Below are positions 53,587-63,537 of a stretch of 64,000 nucleotides of DNA, piece by piece. The stretch spans positions 11,988 through 75,987 of the forward strand of contig CAVEUC010000018.1 of the NCBI GenBank assembly GCA_963619035.1. The letters run 5' to 3'. The DNA comes from Lachnospiraceae bacterium GAM79. Lineage in GTDB: Bacteria > Bacillota_I > Bacilli_A > RFN20 > CAG-826. The notes beneath the pieces were generated by a model. The model was not told where the DNA came from. It saw only the letters and a program-made list of their open reading frames with translations, and searched no databases. The translations under genes and the position numbers were made by a program. The stretch's first letter is position 1. Each line of letters opens with the position of its first letter.

Positions 53587-55659
53587 TTAGCTTTCTAGTT
53601 GTTCGTTATTATTTGCCATTGGATTAATTCCGGCAAATTGAGAACTGTATAAATCGTAATAAAAGCCTTTTTTAGCTAGTAAATCATAGTGATTTCCGAT
53701 TTCTACAATTTTTCCTTTTTTCATAACAATGATTAATTTTGCATTTTTAATTGTTGATAATCTATGTGCAATAACAAAACTTGTTCTGTCTTTCATGACT
53801 GTATTTAATGCATCTTGAATTTGTGATTCGGTTCTAGTATCAACACTACTTGTTGCTTCATCTAATATCATTATTTTTGGTTTAGAAATGATTGCTCTAG
53901 CGATTGTTAATAATTGTCTTTGACCTTGAGATATATTTGTTCCGTCCTCATCTAACATAAAATCAAAACCATTAGGTAATGTTTCAATAAAATCATAAAT
54001 ATGAGCTTGTTTACATCCTTCAATTAACTCTTCTTTTGTTGCGTTTTGGTTTCCGAATAACAAGTTATCTTTAATAGATCCTTTAAATAACCAACTATCT
54101 TGTAAAACCATGCCTATTGATCCTCTTAAGCATTTTAAAGAGTAATCTGTAATAGGTTTATCGTCTAAATATATTTGTCCTGAATTTAAATCATAAAATC
54201 TCATAATTAAATTGACCATAGTTGTTTTACCTGCTCCGGTAGGACCGACTATTGCAACTAAATCACCTTTATTAACTTCAAGATTAAAATTTTCAATTAA
54301 AGGTTTATTTTCTATATATTTAAAATAAACATTTTTAAAAGAGAATTTGCCGTATATTTTATTAGTGTCTTCTATTAAATTTTGCTTTTTATAAACTTGA
54401 ATTTTGTAATCTCTAATTTCGTCAAAAACTATATGTTTTCCAACTTCTTTTTCATTTATTACTATGTTATTTATAGTTGTTACATAACTAAAATTAGAGT
54501 CATTTTTATTGTTTAAAGAATAAATAAAAGGATTCTTTATTGAAAAAATAGATTCTTTAATATTGTTAAAATCTCGAATATAAATATTATTTTCTGAAAC
54601 TAGTGTAGGGATAATGTAAGACCCATCTTTAGCAGCTTCTTCTTCGTCTAAAAGATTATAAATTCTTTCTCCGCTAGCTACAACAGATTGAATAACATTA
54701 AAAATTTGTCCAATTTGTTGAAATGGTCTACTAAATAAATTTAAAAATAAAAAGAAAGTTAACATTGATGCAGCATCATTTATTATTCCGCCAACAACAG
54801 CAATTGCAACATATGATAAATTGTTGATGAAATAAGTTGATGGAAAAATGAATCCACTTAAAAATTGAGAAAGATAATCACTTTTAGCTAATTTTTTATT
54901 ATTATCTTCAAATATTGCTTTTGTATCATCTTCTTTATTGAATAGTTTTATAATGCGATATCCAGCATATGTTTCTTCGATTTGTCCATTTAAAACACCT
55001 AATTGATGTCTATAATTTATGAATTGTTTACCACTGAATTTTGAAATACAAAATACAACTAATAATGTAAATGGTAACGAAGCAATTGCAACTAAAGCAA
55101 GTTGCCATTGAACAACAAACATTGATATTAAAGTACCAAAAAAGAGTGTAAATGAGGTAAATGTTTGAGTGATAATAGATGTAAGATTTCTTGAAATATT
55201 ATCGACATCATTTGTACCAATTGAAAGAGTATCTCCGTAAGGAACTCTGTCAAAATATGATAATGGTAAGAAATTTAATTTCCTTTGAACTTTTTGCCTC
55301 ATATTGTAAGCGTAATTTGAGCTTATATTTACTGCTAAATATTGAGAAATAAAGGAAATTAATGAACTACCGATATATAACGCTAACAGAAGACCAAAAC
55401 TATAGACAAAGGCTTGCCAATTTATAGAAATTGTATTTGTAGATGTATCGATATTTAATATATTATTAGAAGACATTGCCATGATTTGTTTCATATAAAC
55501 TGCAGCATAGATTGTTAAAATTGCACTAATTATAGATAAAAAAACTACAACAATTATAAGTGGTAATTGCTTCTTGAAATCTTTGATCATTCTAAAGAAA
55601 GATTTTTTAAAATTTTTAGGTTTGTCTTTACCGTGTCTTCCGTGCATTTTTGGTGGCAT
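53587..55659 (-). CDS. ABC exporter subunit (TMD-NBD). It supplies the consensus ATPase half-site but has a deviant signature motif.
   Basis: Walker A GPTGAGKTT, Walker B IMILDEATS and H-loop AHRLST are canonical. The signature is ISQGQRQ where LSGGQ is expected. A roughly 100-aa insertion sits between the TMD and NBD. Confidence 0.85.
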   Translation of the reverse strand: MPPKMHGRHGKDKPKNFKKSFFRMIKDFKKQLPLIIVVVFLSIISAILTIYAAVYMKQIMAMSSNNILNIDTSTNTISINWQAFVYSFGLLLALYIGSSLISFISQYLAVNISSNYAYNMRQKVQRKLNFLPLSYFDRVPYGDTLSIGTNDVDNISRNLTSIITQTFTSFTLFFGTLISMFVVQWQLALVAIASLPFTLLVVFCISKFSGKQFINYRHQLGVLNGQIEETYAGYRIIKLFNKEDDTKAIFEDNNKKLAKSDYLSQFLSGFIFPSTYFINNLSYVAIAVVGGIINDAASMLTFFLFLNLFSRPFQQIGQIFNVIQSVVASGERIYNLLDEEEAAKDGSYIIPTLVSENNIYIRDFNNIKESIFSIKNPFIYSLNNKNDSNFSYVTTINNIVINEKEVGKHIVFDEIRDYKIQVYKKQNLIEDTNKIYGKFSFKNVYFKYIENKPLIENFNLEVNKGDLVAIVGPTGAGKTTMVNLIMRFYDLNSGQIYLDDKPITDYSLKCLRGSIGMVLQDSWLFKGSIKDNLLFGNQNATKEELIEGCKQAHIYDFIETLPNGFDFMLDEDGTNISQGQRQLLTIARAIISKPKIMILDEATSSVDTRTESQIQDALNTVMKDRTSFVIAHRLSTIKNAKLIIVMKKGKIVEIGNHYDLLAKKGFYYDLYSSQFAGINPMANNNEQLES

Positions 55660-55661
55660 AA

Positions 55662-57491
55662 CTATTCCTCACCTTTATTAATTTTACCTAACATTTCGAT
55701 AGTTTTTTTAACTTCTTCGCTATCTAATTGTGATTTAACGATATCTTGATAAATCGGACAATTAACAAGTAATTCACTATGTTTTCCTTGTCCTACGCAT
55801 CTTCCGTTATGTAAAACAATAATATTATCTGCATCGAGTATTGATGATACTCTTTGTGCAACTATAATAATTGAAGAGTTTTTAGTGTAATCTTTTAAAG
55901 CATATCTTAATTTTGCATCTGTTTTAAAATCCAAAGCACTAAAAGAGTCGTCAAAAACATATATTTCCGGTTTTTTGATCAGTGCTCTAGCAATGCATAA
56001 ACGTTGTTTTTGTCCACCTGAAAAGTTTTTACCGCCCTGGGAAACCGATGATAATTTACCATCAGGAAGTTTATCGATAAAATTTTTAGCTTGTGCAATT
56101 TCTAAAACTTCATCTATTTCTTCATCACTAGCATTTATATTTCCGAATTTAATATTATCTTGAATTGTACCTGAAAATAATAATGCTTGTTGAGGTACGA
56201 ATCCGATCAATTCTTTAAGATTTTTTAAAGGCAATGATTTTATATCGTAGGAATCGATTAATATAGTACCTTCAGTTGGATCATAGAATCTAGGAATAAG
56301 ATTAATTAATGTACTTTTTCCACTGCCGGTTGAACCTATGATTGCTGTTGTTGTACCAGGCTTTGTTTTAAAAGAAATATTTTCTAATATATTTTTGTTA
56401 CTGTCTGGATATTTAAAAGAAACGTTTTTAAATTCAATTATTCCTTTTTCTCTATTATTAAATTGATCTCTATTAAAATCTTTAGGATCTATTTCCTTAA
56501 TTGTATCTTCACATACTAAAACTTCATTAATTCTTTTAATACTAGCGTTTGCTTGAGGAATCATAATTAATAACATAGCTAATATTACAAAAGATTGCAT
56601 AATTTGCATGGAATATTGACTTACTACAACTATGCCGGAAACTGTATTAGATAAAGTAGCGGTTTCACTAATAGATACTCCACTCATTAAATAATATCCT
56701 AATGCAAATATAGCTACATAACTTATATTAAAAAATATAGAAATAATTGGATCAGCTGCAGCCATAATTTTGCTTGCTTTAGCTATTGTTTTTGTTGCTT
56801 TTAAATTTGCTTCATCAAATTTAGAATCTTCAGTTTCTTGTTGATTATAAGCTCTAACAACTCTAATACCAGTTAAATTTTCTCTTAAAACAATTGTAAT
56901 ATTGTCAATATTGATTTGTAACTTTTTAAATAAAGGTGCAGTTACAATCAATAAGATTATTAAAGAGATGATAATCAAAGGTAAAACAACCGCTAAAACA
57001 ATAGCTAATTTAGGGTTTGTATAATTGTTTGTAAAAATTAAAACAAAAGCTATAACCATGTATGTTGGCGACATTACAATAGTTCTAATTCCCATAATTA
57101 AGAAATTTTTAATTTGTTCAGTGTCATTTGTTGTTCTTGTAATTAATGTTGCAGTTCCAAATTTATTGAAATCTTGTAGTGATAAATGAGTGATTTTATT
57201 GAAAATTTGACTTCTTAATTCTTTACTTACATAAGAAGCAAGATATGAACAAAAATAGTTTTGGAATGCTGCACACGCAAATACACCAACACTAATTAAA
57301 AGCATCCACGAACCTTCGATAAGTATTTTATTTATAATATTATCAGGTTGAGGAACTTCAGTTATTATTTTTTGAATTGAATTCATCTTATCAGGTAATT
57401 GAAGTTGTAAATAACATTGTAAAATAATAGCTGCAAACACTGCTATTACTAAGTACCGTTTTTTTGATAAAACACTTAAAATCTTTTTCAT
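55662..57491 (-). CDS. ABC exporter subunit (TMD-NBD) with a degenerate Walker B and H-loop.
   Basis: Walker A GSTGSGKST and signature FSGGQKQ are canonical. Walker B is IYVFDDSFS, so Glu is replaced by Asp. The H-loop is VAQRVS, so His is replaced by Gln. Confidence 0.85.
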   Translation of the reverse strand: MKKILSVLSKKRYLVIAVFAAIILQCYLQLQLPDKMNSIQKIITEVPQPDNIINKILIEGSWMLLISVGVFACAAFQNYFCSYLASYVSKELRSQIFNKITHLSLQDFNKFGTATLITRTTNDTEQIKNFLIMGIRTIVMSPTYMVIAFVLIFTNNYTNPKLAIVLAVVLPLIIISLIILLIVTAPLFKKLQINIDNITIVLRENLTGIRVVRAYNQQETEDSKFDEANLKATKTIAKASKIMAAADPIISIFFNISYVAIFALGYYLMSGVSISETATLSNTVSGIVVVSQYSMQIMQSFVILAMLLIMIPQANASIKRINEVLVCEDTIKEIDPKDFNRDQFNNREKGIIEFKNVSFKYPDSNKNILENISFKTKPGTTTAIIGSTGSGKSTLINLIPRFYDPTEGTILIDSYDIKSLPLKNLKELIGFVPQQALLFSGTIQDNIKFGNINASDEEIDEVLEIAQAKNFIDKLPDGKLSSVSQGGKNFSGGQKQRLCIARALIKKPEIYVFDDSFSALDFKTDAKLRYALKDYTKNSSIIIVAQRVSSILDADNIIVLHNGRCVGQGKHSELLVNCPIYQDIVKSQLDSEEVKKTIEMLGKINKGEE

Positions 57492-57498
57492 AATTTAC

Positions 57499-58092
57499 CT
57501 AAATTCTAATAATATCTAAAATGAAATTTTCGTCAATCTTCCTTATTGATGTTGGATCTTTTATCGAAGAATAAACTAAACCTGTTAAATAAAAATAATA
57601 AGAATCTGCGAGTTGCTTAGCAGAAAACAGTTTTAAATCATCGTTTTGTTCAATAATTTCTTGAAAAATATTAACTAATTTTTTATATCCTTTTTTGTAA
57701 TAAGTTTTAATTTCTTGATTTTCTAAAGAATTGTAAGGAAGTGTTAAAAGAAGGAAAAGATAGAACCTTTTCTCTTCGGATTCTTTTACACTTTTTATGA
57801 ATAAATGATGAAATTCTTTAAATTTAGATATAATGTCGGTTTCTTTTTGACTTATTTTCAAAAATTCGTAATTAAAAAGTTTTCTAGATTTAAAAGATAA
57901 CTCTTTAGCAATTTCTTCTTTACTATCAAAATAATGATAAATTAAACCATGCGAACAGCCTACTTCTTTTGCTATTTCGTCCATTGTAATACTTTCAACT
58001 CCGAAATTAGCAAAAAGTCTTAGGGAAGCATTTAGAATTTCTTCCTTTCTTTTTTCCTTTAATAGTTTGTTTTGCTCGATTGTTTTAGGCAT
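57499..58092 (-). CDS. TetR-family transcriptional regulator, first gene of the heterodimeric ABC exporter operon.
   Basis: HTH region ITMDEIAKEVGCSHGLIYHYFDSKEEI. Confidence 0.8.
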   Translation of the reverse strand: MPKTIEQNKLLKEKRKEEILNASLRLFANFGVESITMDEIAKEVGCSHGLIYHYFDSKEEIAKELSFKSRKLFNYEFLKISQKETDIISKFKEFHHLFIKSVKESEEKRFYLFLLLTLPYNSLENQEIKTYYKKGYKKLVNIFQEIIEQNDDLKLFSAKQLADSYYFYLTGLVYSSIKDPTSIRKIDENFILDIIRI

Positions 58093-58160
58093 AAAAATAA
58101 TATATTATTCATTGACAAAATTGTCAATTAAAATACAAAAAACTAATATTAAATTTATAC

Positions 58161-59111
58161 TTAAAGATATTTTTTACAATCTTCTATTATATGCTTATCA
58201 AAAGATTCTGAATTTTTAGCATGTTTTATTGAATCAATTTTATTTAAATATTCTTTTTTAATAATTTTGTAATTTTTAATGTATTTTCTTTTCTTAAATA
58301 AGTCTATTCTAATAAATAACTTTCTAGAAAAATGTAACGTATTAGTTTGTAAATTTATATTGTTTAATAATTCGTAAGTTTTTAAAAAAGTATATAATTT
58401 TAAAAATGAATCGATTGCAACAAATTGATTTACTGAATGAATTAATGAGTTGTTTCTTTGCAAATACAGATATCCTCTATAAGGAGTAAATCTGATTTTT
58501 TCATTTGTCTTAGCTAAGCAAATTGCATTAAATAAATAATCTTCACATACTAAATAATCTTTATTGAATCTAATATTATATTTATCTAAAAATGATTTTC
58601 TATAAATTTTATTCCAAACATAACCCCTATATCTTATATCGTTATATAAAGCTTTCCTTACTTTTTTAGCACTACATTTATTTGGAAGAGTAAACCTAGA
58701 GGCAAACCCTTTAAATTTTTTGTTTTTTCTTTCTTCGTAGATATAATAAAAGTTACATGAGCCAATATCAGATTTAGTATTAATAATTAAGTTATATAAA
58801 TTCTTAATATAATCTTTTAAAACGCAATCATCACCATCTACAAACATAATAAATTGACCTTTAGCAATTTTTAATCCATCATTTCTACTATCAGATACAT
58901 TTTTGTTATTAACTGATAATTTAATAAATTTATTCGGATTTTTGCTTACAAAAGAATCTATAATCTCATCTGAATTATCACAACAATTATCACTTACACA
59001 AATAATTTCGTATGGTAAGTCAAAAGATTGTTCATCTAATGTTTTTAAACAATTTTCTAAATATTTCCCAACTCCGTGAATTGGAACAATGACACTTACT
59101 GCAACTTCCAT
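58161..59111 (-). CDS. Family 2 glycosyltransferase.
   Basis: SVIVPIHGVGKYLENCL...YEIICVSDNCCDNS...FVDGDD carries the GT-A DxD motifs. Confidence 0.8.
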   Translation of the reverse strand: MEVAVSVIVPIHGVGKYLENCLKTLDEQSFDLPYEIICVSDNCCDNSDEIIDSFVSKNPNKFIKLSVNNKNVSDSRNDGLKIAKGQFIMFVDGDDCVLKDYIKNLYNLIINTKSDIGSCNFYYIYEERKNKKFKGFASRFTLPNKCSAKKVRKALYNDIRYRGYVWNKIYRKSFLDKYNIRFNKDYLVCEDYLFNAICLAKTNEKIRFTPYRGYLYLQRNNSLIHSVNQFVAIDSFLKLYTFLKTYELLNNINLQTNTLHFSRKLFIRIDLFKKRKYIKNYKIIKKEYLNKIDSIKHAKNSESFDKHIIEDCKKYL

Positions 59112-59232
59112 AAATATAATTTTAAGTATAAAGAGCTCTTAAATCAAATTTTGTTAATTATTCTAATTATTTGATTGATACAATGTTTTTAAAACGCTTT
59201 AATTTATTTTTTAACAATAGTAAAATATTTTT

Positions 59233-59799
59233 ATGAAATTAATTGTAGGTTTAGGTAATCCTGGAAAAGAATATGAACACACAAGACACAACATGGGTTT
59301 TGATGTTGTTGATCTTTTTGCTGAATCGCTAGGGATTGATATTGATAAAGAAGGCTTTAAAGGTCTATATGTTAAAACTAAATTTTATGATGAAGATTTA
59401 ATTTTGTTAAAACCTCAAACTTATATGAATTTGAGTGGGGATTCCATAGTGTTATTGATGAATTATTTTAAAATTCCTGTAGAAGATTTGATTGTAATTT
59501 ATGATGATATGGATACAAAAGTTGGTCAAATAAAATTAAAAATAAAAGGCAGTAGTGGAGGTCATAATGGATTGAAATCAATTATTGCTAATTTAAAAAC
59601 AGAAGAATTTAATAGAATTAAAATTGGTATTGGTAAACCGGTATATAATGTTGTTGATTTTGTTTTAACTAAACCTAACAAAGAGGAAAGTGAACTTATA
59701 GAACAAGCAAAAAAGAATGCTGTAGATGCTTTAAAAATTTCTTTAAAAGAATCGTTTAATAAAGCGATGACAATTTATAATAAAGAGGTAAAACTATAA
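59233..59799 (+). CDS. pth: Peptidyl-tRNA hydrolase.
   Basis: MKLIVGLGNPGKEYEHTRHNMGF, the canonical Pth N-terminus. Confidence 0.95.
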   Translation: MKLIVGLGNPGKEYEHTRHNMGFDVVDLFAESLGIDIDKEGFKGLYVKTKFYDEDLILLKPQTYMNLSGDSIVLLMNYFKIPVEDLIVIYDDMDTKVGQIKLKIKGSSGGHNGLKSIIANLKTEEFNRIKIGIGKPVYNVVDFVLTKPNKEESELIEQAKKNAVDALKISLKESFNKAMTIYNKEVKL

Positions 59800-59801
59800 A
59801 G

Positions 59802-62800
59802 CTATTAGATTATATTGTTAATTATTTTAATGACACCCCCCTATCAAAAAAAGATAGGAATTTTTTTGTTGGAGATTCTTTATTATCTACATGTTTTTTA
59901 GGTTTAAATCGTTTTTATAAAAGTAATGAAAATATTGTTATATTAGCCCCTAATAATTATGAATTAAATAAAATTAGAAATTGGCTATTATCGTTTGTTA
60001 AAGATGATAATATAATTGCATTTGAAACTGATGAATTGATACGTGTTGAATATATTTCAAAATCTAAAGAAATGGTTGCGCAAGAATTATTTAACTTGTA
60101 TCAATTAAGTAAAGCTGAACATAAAATTATTATTTTTACACCTAGTTCTTTATATAGATATTATCCTAAAAAAAGCGTGTTTTTAAATAGTAAAATTGAA
60201 TTAAAAAAAGATGGTAATTATGATATAGATGAAATAGTTAAAAAGTTAATTAGTACAGGATATTATAAGGTTAATAAAATAGATCAATCTTTACAGATTG
60301 CTAAAAGAGGCGATATTTTAGATGTTTTTTCTATAAATTATGATAATCCAATTAGAATAGAATTTTTTGATAATACAATTGAATCAATAAAATTTTTTGA
60401 TATATCTACACAAAGATCAATAAAAGAAATTGAAGAAGTTATAATATTACCAAGTACATTTTTGATATTGGACGAAAATAAAAAAGATGAAAACTTTAAA
60501 TTAATTGATAATATTTATAATCAAGATTCTAGAAGGATTGAAGAATATCTTAAAAATTATTTAGATGAAGAAATTTTGAATCTAAAAGAAGAAATAAAAG
60601 CTGGGTTTTTAACACAAAAAAATTATAAGTATTATAGTTTATTATGTGAAAATTATTCATCAATTTTTGATTATTTTAATTTTAATTATTTAATTGTTTC
60701 GGATGAGATAGAATTTGAAAAAGATAAAGAACTATTGTTTGAAGATGCAGACAATTTTATGAATGAATTGTTTAAATCTGGCAAGGCTTTATCTAATTTA
60801 AAATATTTTAATAAAGAAGTAAAATATACGGGAAATCATATCGAAATTGATTATATATCAAATATTTACACGCATGAAAATGATGTTAAATTAAACATTA
60901 AAGCCCCTACTTTTAGTGCTAAAAGTGTAAATGAAATAATGATTGTTTTTAAAAACTATATTTCTATTGATTACCAAATTGTCATTGTTTTAGAAAATGA
61001 TTATCAAATAAATAAAATTAAAGAAATATTGAAATATCTTGAAATGGATTATATATATTCTGATGATTTGAATTTTATTAATAAAAATATTCTTATATAT
61101 AATGGTGAGATGTATTCTGGATACGAAAATAGTAAGGAAAACATAGTGTTTTTAACTTCTAAAGAATTATTTGGTGTTAAAAAAAGCAATCATCAATACT
61201 CATCTAAATTTAAAGAAGGAATTATTTTAGGTAGTTATTTGGAATTAGTACCTGGAGATTATGTAGTTCATGAAGCTAAAGGAATAGGTCAATTTCAAGA
61301 AATTACAACTCTTCTTGTTGATGGTAAACATGAAGATTATATAAAAATTCTTTATGCAAATAATGACATATTGTATGTACCACTATATCAGTTTGACTTA
61401 GTAAGAAAATATGTTGGTAAAGATGGTGTAAAGCCCCATTTAAATTCTTTGAATGGTGAAAAATGGAAAAATACTAAGAAAAAAATTAAAGAAAGAATTA
61501 ATGATTTAACGGAAAGATTATTAAATTTATATCAAGAAAGAGCTCAAATTAAAGGTTTTAAATTTGCTGATGATGACGAAATACAAAAAGAATTTGAAGA
61601 TAAATTTCAGTATGAATTAACTAAAGATCAAAGTACATGTCTAGAAGAAATTAAACGTGATATGGAAAATATTCAACCGATGGATAGACTATTATGTGGT
61701 GATGTTGGATTTGGAAAAACTGAAATAGCTTTAAGATGTGCCTTTAAAGCAATTTTAAGCGGGAAACAAGTATGTTTTTTATGTCCTACTACAGTTTTAG
61801 CGAAACAACATTATGATTTATGTTTAAATCGTTTTATGGGCTTTGGTGTTAAGATTTGTTTATTATCTAGATTAAATAATGAAGCAGAAAATAAGAAAAA
61901 TATAGAATTGATAAATGATGGTAGTATTGATTTAGTAATAGCTACACATAAGGTTTTATCAAAGAAAGTTAATTTTAAGAATTTAGGACTTTTGATTATT
62001 GATGAAGAGCAAAGGTTTGGCGTAGAACAAAAAGAAAAAATTAAAGAATTAAATAGTAACATCGATATATTGACTATAAGTGCTACACCTATTCCTAGAA
62101 CATTACAATCATCACTAATAGGTTTAAAAAGTATATCGACTATTAAGACTGCACCTAAAGAAAGAATGCCTATTCAAACTTATGTAATTGGTTATGATGA
62201 ATATATTGTTAAAGATTTAATTAAGAAAGAATTATCAAGAGATGGTCAAATCTACTTTGTATATAACTATGTTGATTCAATATATTCTATGTCAAAAAGA
62301 ATAAATGATTTGGTTCCAGAATGTAGAATTGGTGTTATACATGGTAAATTACAAAAAAGTGAAATTGAAGCAGTAATGGACGATTTTTATGATGGGAAAA
62401 TTGATTTATTGTTATGTACATCAATTATTGAAAATGGAATAGATGTTAAAAATGCAAACTTGATGATTGTTTATGATGCAGATCATTTTGGATTATCACA
62501 GCTTTATCAAATTAAAGGGAGAGTTGGAAGAGGCGATAGAATGGCTTTTGCTTATTTGATGATAAGACAAAATAAAGAAATTACTGAAGAAGCAAAAATG
62601 AGACTTAAAGCTATTCAAGAATTTACTGAATTAGGAAGTGGATATAAAATTTCTCAAAGAGATTTATTAATACGTGGTGCTGGAGATATTTTAGGTCCTC
62701 AGCAAGCTGGTTTTATAGATGAAGTCGGTGTTGATATGTATTTAAAACTTTTAAAAGAAAGTATTGATGAGAAGAAAAGTGGTATTAAAAAAGATGAAAA

Positions 62801-63281
62801 AATTCCTAATTTACTAAATTTAAGTATTGATGCATATATACCTTCAAGTTATGCAAGTGATGAAAGTAAAATTGAAATTTATCAAAAAATTTTACAATGT
62901 AGAAATATTGAAGATATTTCTTATTTAAGAAGTGAAATTAGAGATATTTATGGTAAAATTCCTAATGAAACATCACTTCTTTTAGAAAAAAGAGAAATTG
63001 ATATTTATTATAGTGAAAACACTATTTTTGAAAAACTTGAAGATTTTTCTAGTACTGTTAATTTAACATTAACTAATGAATTTTCTTCTATAAACGGAAT
63101 TGGATCGACGTTATTTACAAGCTTATTACCATATATTAATAAAATTAAAATGATGTATACTAATAAGCAGTTGAAGATAATTATTTATAAAAGAAATAAT
63201 TGGTTAGAATTAGTAAAAAATATTATGAAAGTAATTGTGAATTTAGATAAGATAAATAAAAAGGTAAAGTATGAGAATTGA
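59802..63281 (+). CDS. mfd: Transcription-repair coupling factor Mfd. The start codon is unresolved and the N-terminal about 78 codons have no canonical start.
   Basis: The ORF-track start at 60036 is a TTG, but the reading frame stays open back to 59784. The upstream translation ...FFVGDSLLSTCFLGLNRFYKSNENIVILAPN aligns with the Mfd N-terminal (UvrB-homology) domain. The rest is a full Mfd: the RNAP-interacting domain, the helicase motifs CGDVGFGKTE and DEEQRFGV, and the TRG motif region. Confidence 0.9.
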   Translation, partial: LLDYIVNYFNDTPLSKKDRNFFVGDSLLSTCFLGLNRFYKSNENIVILAPNNYELNKIRNWLLSFVKDDNIIAFETDELIRVEYISKSKEMVAQELFNLYQLSKAEHKIIIFTPSSLYRYYPKKSVFLNSKIELKKDGNYDIDEIVKKLISTGYYKVNKIDQSLQIAKRGDILDVFSINYDNPIRIEFFDNTIESIKFFDISTQRSIKEIEEVIILPSTFLILDENKKDENFKLIDNIYNQDSRRIEEYLKNYLDEEILNLKEEIKAGFLTQKNYKYYSLLCENYSSIFDYFNFNYLIVSDEIEFEKDKELLFEDADNFMNELFKSGKALSNLKYFNKEVKYTGNHIEIDYISNIYTHENDVKLNIKAPTFSAKSVNEIMIVFKNYISIDYQIVIVLENDYQINKIKEILKYLEMDYIYSDDLNFINKNILIYNGEMYSGYENSKENIVFLTSKELFGVKKSNHQYSSKFKEGIILGSYLELVPGDYVVHEAKGIGQFQEITTLLVDGKHEDYIKILYANNDILYVPLYQFDLVRKYVGKDGVKPHLNSLNGEKWKNTKKKIKERINDLTERLLNLYQERAQIKGFKFADDDEIQKEFEDKFQYELTKDQSTCLEEIKRDMENIQPMDRLLCGDVGFGKTEIALRCAFKAILSGKQVCFLCPTTVLAKQHYDLCLNRFMGFGVKICLLSRLNNEAENKKNIELINDGSIDLVIATHKVLSKKVNFKNLGLLIIDEEQRFGVEQKEKIKELNSNIDILTISATPIPRTLQSSLIGLKSISTIKTAPKERMPIQTYVIGYDEYIVKDLIKKELSRDGQIYFVYNYVDSIYSMSKRINDLVPECRIGVIHGKLQKSEIEAVMDDFYDGKIDLLLCTSIIENGIDVKNANLMIVYDADHFGLSQLYQIKGRVGRGDRMAFAYLMIRQNKEITEEAKMRLKAIQEFTELGSGYKISQRDLLIRGAGDILGPQQAGFIDEVGVDMYLKLLKESIDEKKSGIKKDEKIPNLLNLSIDAYIPSSYASDESKIEIYQKILQCRNIEDISYLRSEIRDIYGKIPNETSLLLEKREIDIYYSENTIFEKLEDFSSTVNLTLTNEFSSINGIGSTLFTSLLPYINKIKMMYTNKQLKIIIYKRNNWLELVKNIMKVIVNLDKINKKVKYEN

Positions 63282-63537
63282 TAAATTTTTAAAAGTTTCG
63301 AGATTATTAAAAAGAAGAACTGTTGCAAAAGAGCTGCTAAATCGTGGTGAATTTCAAGTAAATGGCAAGGTTGTTAAACCTGCTTATCAAATAAAAGTTG
63401 GAGATATTGTAGTGTTATCTTTAGGCAGACATCTTTTAACAATTGAAATCTTAAAAGTTTTAGAACACGCAAATAAAGAAGAAAGCCAAACTATGTATAA
63501 AGTTATCGAGGATAAAATTAATAATGAAATTGACTAA
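63271..63537 (+). CDS. S4-domain RNA-binding protein (YabO/Hsp15-like).
   Basis: MRIDKFLKVSRLLKRRTVAKELLNRGEFQVNGKVVKPAYQIKVGDIV. The position downstream of mfd matches B. subtilis yabO. Confidence 0.8.
   Translation: MRIDKFLKVSRLLKRRTVAKELLNRGEFQVNGKVVKPAYQIKVGDIVVLSLGRHLLTIEILKVLEHANKEESQTMYKVIEDKINNEID

Noticed and set aside
44095-62062. Remaining small overlapping ORFs from the track: 44095..44514, 49628..49966, 50138..50332, 51473..51655, 55567..55749, 55975..56163 and 61811..62062.
   Set aside because: Each is antisense to, or nested in, a confidently assigned gene (yidC/jag, ppdK, the ABC exporters, mfd). None shows independent support.
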